A DNA stretch of 64,000 bases from positions 100,941 through 164,940 of the forward strand of contig NZ_JAUSUR010000007.1 in NCBI RefSeq assembly GCF_030814225.1, given 5' to 3'. Shown piece after piece: positions 59,489 to 64,000 of the stretch (its first letter is position 1; every line of letters starts with the position of its first letter). This DNA is from Breznakia pachnodae (GTDB taxonomy: Bacteria > Bacillota_I > Bacilli_A > Erysipelotrichales > Erysipelotrichaceae). The translations under genes and the position numbers were made by a program. Under the pieces are notes generated by a model. It made no database searches, was not told where the DNA came from, and saw only the letters and a program-made list of their open reading frames with translations.

Positions 59489-59968
59489 TCTCGCTTTATA
59501 ATTCTCATTCCTGCTTCCACTTTTTTATTTAAATTTTCGATTTGATAAGAACCATTTACCTCATTACTCATAACTACAATTACTGATAAATCAATATCTT
59601 GTGATTGCAAGTAATCCATATCAAGTTCAATCAATGGTGTACCAATTTGTACTTTTGTGTTTGGTTTTATTAACTGCTTAAATCCCTGTCCATTTAGTTT
59701 AACAGTATCAATTCCAATATGAATCATCACTTCTAATCCATCTTTCATTTTAATACCAACTGCATGTTTACTAGGAAAGATCATTTGAATTTCACCATCA
59801 CATGTTGATTTGATAATATTTTCGGTTGGTTGAATTAGGAAACCATCTCCCATCATCTTACTTGAGAATACTCCATCACTGCATTTAGTGATAGCTTCAC
59901 AGTACCCATCAACAGGCGAATAAATATTCATATCAACTTTTTTTGATTTCTTAAACAATTCAAACATA
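59485..59968 (-). CDS. PTS glucose-family EIIA
   Basis: True start MFELFKK with SD ggaggtcctagtATG; the ORF-track N-terminal extension covers the leader RAT. EIIA-Glc core GIKMKDGLEVMIHIGIDT. Confidence 0.8.
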
Positions 59969-59979
59969 CTAGGACCTCC

Positions 59980-60051
59980 AAATAAAAACTCTCCCGATAT
60001 ATAACACAATAAAACAACTTTATTGGTCATGCCTCGAAAGAGTAACAGTCC
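59980..60051 (-). promoter_or_regulatory. RAT plus mutually exclusive terminator in the leader of the EIIA-licT-EIIBC-GH4 operon
   Basis: Minus strand ggactgttactctttcgaggcatgacc is RAT-like. Its ctctttcg segment can pair with the downstream cgggagag (two G.U pairs), which is followed by tttttattt, so RAT and terminator are alternative structures. Confidence 0.6.
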
Positions 60052-60138
60052 ATTAACTACACTCATACATTATCATCATCTGAAAGCGCTGTCAACACTT
60101 TCATAAAAAAATATTTATAAAATATTCTAACTCAAATT

Positions 60139-60489
60139 TTATTCTTGTATCTGAATTATAACTCCATCAGGATCTTCCACATGAATAAATTGAGTGTTAG
60201 GATTTGGCGAAATTATTTCACCTGGATCAATGTTTTTATCTTTTAAATCCTGAATTGTATTATCAAGATTATCAGTAGTAAACGCTAGAATTACACTTTC
60301 TTTACCTACTTCTTTTTTACCCGAATATATTAATTCTATACATATTTCATTATCCAATTCCATAAACGCTATTTGCATTTCACTTCCCATATTTAATCTA
60401 TCTTTTACTTTTAATCCTAGAACCTTTTCATAAAATTCTACTGACTTTTCAATATCATTTACATAAATAATATCCCATGCTTTTTTCAT
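60139..60489 (-). CDS. VOC/glyoxalase-family protein
   Basis: About 116-aa glyoxalase-like fold protein. Start placed at MKKAWD (SD ggaggtatgtATG). Confidence 0.6.
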   Translation of the reverse strand: MKKAWDIIYVNDIEKSVEFYEKVLGLKVKDRLNMGSEMQIAFMELDNEICIELIYSGKKEVGKESVILAFTTDNLDNTIQDLKDKNIDPGEIISPNPNTQFIHVEDPDGVIIQIQE

Positions 60490-60614
60490 ACATACCTCCA
60501 TAATATTTATTATTCATCTATGACTACTATACCCACAATACAAGATTTCGTCAATCAAGATTCTCAATAAAAGTTAAAAGTGATATACCCTTTGATTAGG
60601 TATATCACTTAGAA

Positions 60615-61325
60615 TTATTTACTTAATTTACTTGCAGCTTCTTTATCTAAAACAACTACTAAATTAGGATGTAATTTTAATACTGAAGAAGGAACATCCG
60701 TTGTTACTGGGCCTTCTAATGCTTTTTGAATTATATCTGCCTTATGTTCACCGTTGGCAAATAATACAACTTGTTTTGCACTAAGAACCGTTCTTGGACC
60801 AAAGGTAACAGTTGCACCTTCTGGTTTCTTTCCAATCAATTCATGTAATAACTTGAAATTTTTATCTCCTTCTTCCATCATTACCGTATACGTTTCATTT
60901 TCAAACTTTGTATACTCAGGAAGATTTCCACAAAAATGTCCATCTGCACCAATTCCTACAAGAATTAAATCAAGACCACCATCATCAGTAATCTTTTGAT
61001 CATAGTTTTCATAATTTGTTGGATTTAGTTCATGAATGTTTTCTTTTTTAATTGTACAGGGGTGATAGAATTGCTCATTTAGTGAACGCATAGTTAATCC
61101 ATATTGTTCACCTTCAATACTGATTTCATCAAAGTTATAGAAGTGTACATTATCAAAGTAAGGACGATCTGCCATAAAGTCTTTCAATATCTCATACATT
61201 CTGGCAGGTGTACTTCCTGCAGTTAAAGATAAGTTTACTCGCTTATCACTGTACATTTTTGATAATACTAGTTGTGCACTAATTTGACTCATTTCTTCAT
61301 AGTCACTTGTAATTATTAATTTCAT
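60615..61325 (-). CDS. Glucosamine-6-phosphate deaminase/6-phosphogluconolactonase family protein (second NagB-like paralog)
   Basis: 236-aa NagB/Pgl-fold protein (LSLTAGSTPARMYE...GIGADGHFCGNLPE). More diverged than 36579..37298. Confidence 0.7.
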   Translation of the reverse strand: MKLIITSDYEEMSQISAQLVLSKMYSDKRVNLSLTAGSTPARMYEILKDFMADRPYFDNVHFYNFDEISIEGEQYGLTMRSLNEQFYHPCTIKKENIHELNPTNYENYDQKITDDGGLDLILVGIGADGHFCGNLPEYTKFENETYTVMMEEGDKNFKLLHELIGKKPEGATVTFGPRTVLSAKQVVLFANGEHKADIIQKALEGPVTTDVPSSVLKLHPNLVVVLDKEAASKLSK

Positions 61326-61328
61326 CTT

Positions 61329-63179
61329 TTATACCTCCACTGTAAACATTTCATTATTTTTATATAACTGTTTCGCACTGCTAATATTCACTTTTTTATA
61401 ATCATTTGTGTTGGAGACAACTACAATTGTTTTTGGATAATATCCTGCTTTTTCAATTGCATTATAATCATATTCCAAAAGTAAATCTCCTGCATTTACT
61501 TTATCTCCATTCTTTACAAGTGATGAGAAATGTTCTCCATCTAATCTCACTGTATCAATTCCAACATGTACCAGTACTTCTACTCCATCTTCGGATTGCA
61601 AACCTATTGCATGTTTTGTTGGGAAGATAGCTGATACTACACCATTAAATGGTGCATAAATCTTTCCATTCTTATCGTCGATCACAATACCTTTTCCTAA
61701 CTTTTCTTCTGCAAAAGAACTGTCAGGAACACTTTTAATATCCTCAACTTCACCTTCAGCAACACTTGCTACTGAAATTGTACTACCAGTTTTTTTACTT
61801 ACTACTTTTTTTGTAGTAGCTCCATCACTTACATCTGATTCATTCATCCAGAAGAATGTGATTAAGAATGTAACTACCATACCTGCTGCCAGACATAGAA
61901 TTCCCATTATAAAGTTGTTTGCATATTCACTACTTACAAATGCGGGTAGTGCTGTTGCACCTCCACCTGCCATTGTAAATACTTTTACCATAAATAATAC
62001 TGATAAGAAACCTGCTACACCTGATCCGATCATTGCTGCATAGAATGGTTTTTTAAGTGGAAGGTTTACTGTATACATCGATGGCTCTGTAATTCCAAGA
62101 ATTGCTGTAATCCCTACACCAAATGCATTTGATTTCATCTTACCATCTCTTAGTTTTATTCCTGCTGCAATTGATGCAACCCCTTGATTAAGGTTAGAGT
62201 ACACCATGATTGGCAGAATCATATAGTCATATCCTAATACTGCTAGGTTTTGGAATACTAATGGGAAGGTTCCATAAGCCATACCTGTCATTACTAGTGG
62301 AGCAAAGAATGCACATATTAACAGCCCTGCAAGTGGTCCTGCCACTCCAAATAGCCAAGCAAATGCATCTGCGATATAGATTCCAATATAACTTCCTAAA
62401 GGTGCTAGGAATGCTAGTGTGATAACACATGTAATTGCAAATGCAAGTGGTCCTGTAATTACCAGCTCAATTGTTACTGGTAAGATTTTCTTTAAAAATC
62501 CATATACATATTTCAATACAATAACACCTAATATTGTTGGAATAATTGTATTTGCATAAGAAGCAAAGGGAATCGAAATTCCAAAGAAACTTAAATCTTC
62601 AAGTCCTGCGGCTGCCCCAGTTGCAAGAGTAGGGTACATCAGTACAAGCCCAATTGATGCACCTAAATATTCATTTGTTTTTAGTTTTTTAGCTGCTGAG
62701 AATCCAACTAATACTGCTAAGAAGTATAATGGAGCATCTCCAATAATATTCAGAATTGTATATACATCACTTGCTGGATCCAACCACTTAGCTGCTTCAA
62801 AGATTGCCAGCATCCCTTTGATAAGCCCTGCTGCGGATACTGCAGCAATTGCAGGAATAATTGTAGCTGCTAGAAAGCCTGTAATCTTATCAATAATATT
62901 ACCACTTTCTTCTTTCTCTTCTTCTTTATCCGCAAAACTATTTCCTGTAATATCAATTAATGCATTGTAGTATTTTTGAACTTCTGGTCCAAAGATGATT
63001 TGTAGTTGTCCACCTTTAAATTGAACTTTAATTACATCATCTTCTGCACTTATCTTTTCTTCATCTATAATATCTGTATTCTTTACTGTAATACGTAATC
63101 TAGTCATACAATACCCAATAGAAGTAATATTCTCTATACCTCCAACGTATTGTAGAATCCTTGTCATTAATTCTTTCAA
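61329..63179 (-). CDS. PTS beta-glucoside-type EIIBCA
   Basis: N-terminal EIIB (YVGGIENITSIGYCMTRLRI), an EIIC body, and a C-terminal EIIA-Glc domain (GLQSEDGVEVLVHVGIDT). Confidence 0.85.
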   Translation of the reverse strand: MKELMTRILQYVGGIENITSIGYCMTRLRITVKNTDIIDEEKISAEDDVIKVQFKGGQLQIIFGPEVQKYYNALIDITGNSFADKEEEKEESGNIIDKITGFLAATIIPAIAAVSAAGLIKGMLAIFEAAKWLDPASDVYTILNIIGDAPLYFLAVLVGFSAAKKLKTNEYLGASIGLVLMYPTLATGAAAGLEDLSFFGISIPFASYANTIIPTILGVIVLKYVYGFLKKILPVTIELVITGPLAFAITCVITLAFLAPLGSYIGIYIADAFAWLFGVAGPLAGLLICAFFAPLVMTGMAYGTFPLVFQNLAVLGYDYMILPIMVYSNLNQGVASIAAGIKLRDGKMKSNAFGVGITAILGITEPSMYTVNLPLKKPFYAAMIGSGVAGFLSVLFMVKVFTMAGGGATALPAFVSSEYANNFIMGILCLAAGMVVTFLITFFWMNESDVSDGATTKKVVSKKTGSTISVASVAEGEVEDIKSVPDSSFAEEKLGKGIVIDDKNGKIYAPFNGVVSAIFPTKHAIGLQSEDGVEVLVHVGIDTVRLDGEHFSSLVKNGDKVNAGDLLLEYDYNAIEKAGYYPKTIVVVSNTNDYKKVNISSAKQLYKNNEMFTVEV

Positions 63180-63183
63180 TTGT

Positions 63184-64000
63184 TTATCCTTCTTTCTTTT
63201 GTAGTAGTCGATTGATATGCAACATCAGATAAATCATGTCATTTTCAGTTACACTCCAACCGTATTTTTCATTTAACGTTTTTACTATTACTTTTACACA
63301 TTGTGCAGATTCAGGATTTTTAGTAATTAAGAAATTATACAAACCATCAAATTCACCATCATTTGCTAATTCATTTTTGGAATATTTCAAAATAAAGAAA
63401 CGAAGATGAATTAGAAGTCGACTCATATCATTTGATTTCATATCAAGTGTTCTTCCTGTTTGTTGGGTTATTACATCAATAATCGTGTTTGATATTTCAG
63501 TCACCATCATTGCATCATCTAACATCTCACCACCAACATGGCTATTTACGATATGCATGGCAATCATTGCTTCTTCTTCAACTGGCAAGCGAACACCTAA
63601 TTCTTGTTCAACAATATCCAGTGCTTTTTTAGCTACCTCAACTTCTTTATCATATAGTCGACGAATTTCATTTTCCAATGGACTCTTCATTGCAATACCT
63701 TCATTTAATCGTTCGATTGCAAAATTAATGTGATCAGCAATCATAAGCAGTAAGTTTGCACTGAAAGTTCCTCCAATTGTATCTTTAATTTCCTTAATTA
63801 TTAAATCAGTAACATATACGATCATTGGGTCCATTGTCTTCATAATTTCAGAAAAGTATGAGAAGTCTTTACGACTTAAAAAGTAACATTCTACAACATC
63901 TTCTTCATTTACTTTCTCTCCAGATTTCTTTCCATAAACAATACCCTTACCAAAAATGATGAAATCCTTTTGGTTGTCATCAGTAGCTAGTGCTACATTA
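63184..64000 (-). CDS. licT: BglG/LicT-family antiterminator, 5'-truncated by the window edge
   Basis: PRD domains lie within the ORF. The in-frame sequence up to the window end encodes the CAT domain (...DFIIFGKGIVYGKKSGEKV...), so the start codon lies beyond 64000. Confidence 0.8.
   Translation of the reverse strand, partial: NVALATDDNQKDFIIFGKGIVYGKKSGEKVNEEDVVECYFLSRKDFSYFSEIMKTMDPMIVYVTDLIIKEIKDTIGGTFSANLLLMIADHINFAIERLNEGIAMKSPLENEIRRLYDKEVEVAKKALDIVEQELGVRLPVEEEAMIAMHIVNSHVGGEMLDDAMMVTEISNTIIDVITQQTGRTLDMKSNDMSRLLIHLRFFILKYSKNELANDGEFDGLYNFLITKNPESAQCVKVIVKTLNEKYGWSVTENDMIYLMLHINRLLQKKEG

Noticed and set aside
1-64000. CRISPR arrays, transposases, integrases, phage structural genes, toxin-antitoxin pairs
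   Set aside because: No short regularly spaced direct repeats and no recognisable mobile-element or defence proteins were found in any frame.

Overview
This is a low-GC (roughly 30% by eye) Firmicutes-type chromosomal window, probably Erysipelotrichaceae or a Clostridia-like lineage. Coding is dense and mostly on the minus strand. I found no transposase, integrase, phage gene or CRISPR array.

In order, the window contains:
- two near-identical tRNA-Leu genes (anticodons CAG and GAG) flanking a single SUFU-family gene;
- a GNAT + ABC ATPase + polytopic membrane protein + 78-aa protein operon;
- a DMT/EamA transporter, then a tandem 88-bp repeat;
- degV, mutY, and a divergent AlkZ/YcaQ-like winged-helix glycosylase with a QxQ motif;
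- two GNATs and a class Ia ribonucleotide reductase (nrdA with ATP-cone, nrdB);
- a teichoic-acid module (tagG, tagH, tagD, two TagB/TagF glycerophosphotransferases, plus a lipoprotein);
- a polyamine ABC operon (XRE-cupin regulator, potA with an internal duplication, potB, a potC-potD fusion);
- a cellobiose-type PTS locus (IIC, IIB, GH1 6-phospho-beta-glucosidase, IIA, LicR-like PRD activator);
- a three-gene membrane module (two paralogous Gly/Ser-rich zinc-ribbon proteins plus an SPFH/Band7 protein with a double zinc ribbon);
- LCP, thioredoxin, Cof-HAD, nagB, and a TtcA-like PP-loop ATPase;
- glucose-family PTS genes with LicT antiterminators and two recognisable RAT/terminator switches;
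- a DAACS symporter, a C39-like lipoprotein, and murB;
- a 1130-aa six-MucBP-repeat surface protein co-transcribed with an ECF sigma factor fused to a TM helix and an extracytoplasmic domain;
- AraC, YafY (WYL) and VOC genes.

The observations I would look at first are:
- the sigma/TM-fusion plus giant adhesin pair;
- the SPFH/zinc-ribbon membrane module;
- a ~180-bp dispersed intergenic repeat present in two copies whose terminal hairpin differs by compensatory substitutions;
- the tandem 88-bp repeat;
- the tRNA-bracketed SUFU orphan.
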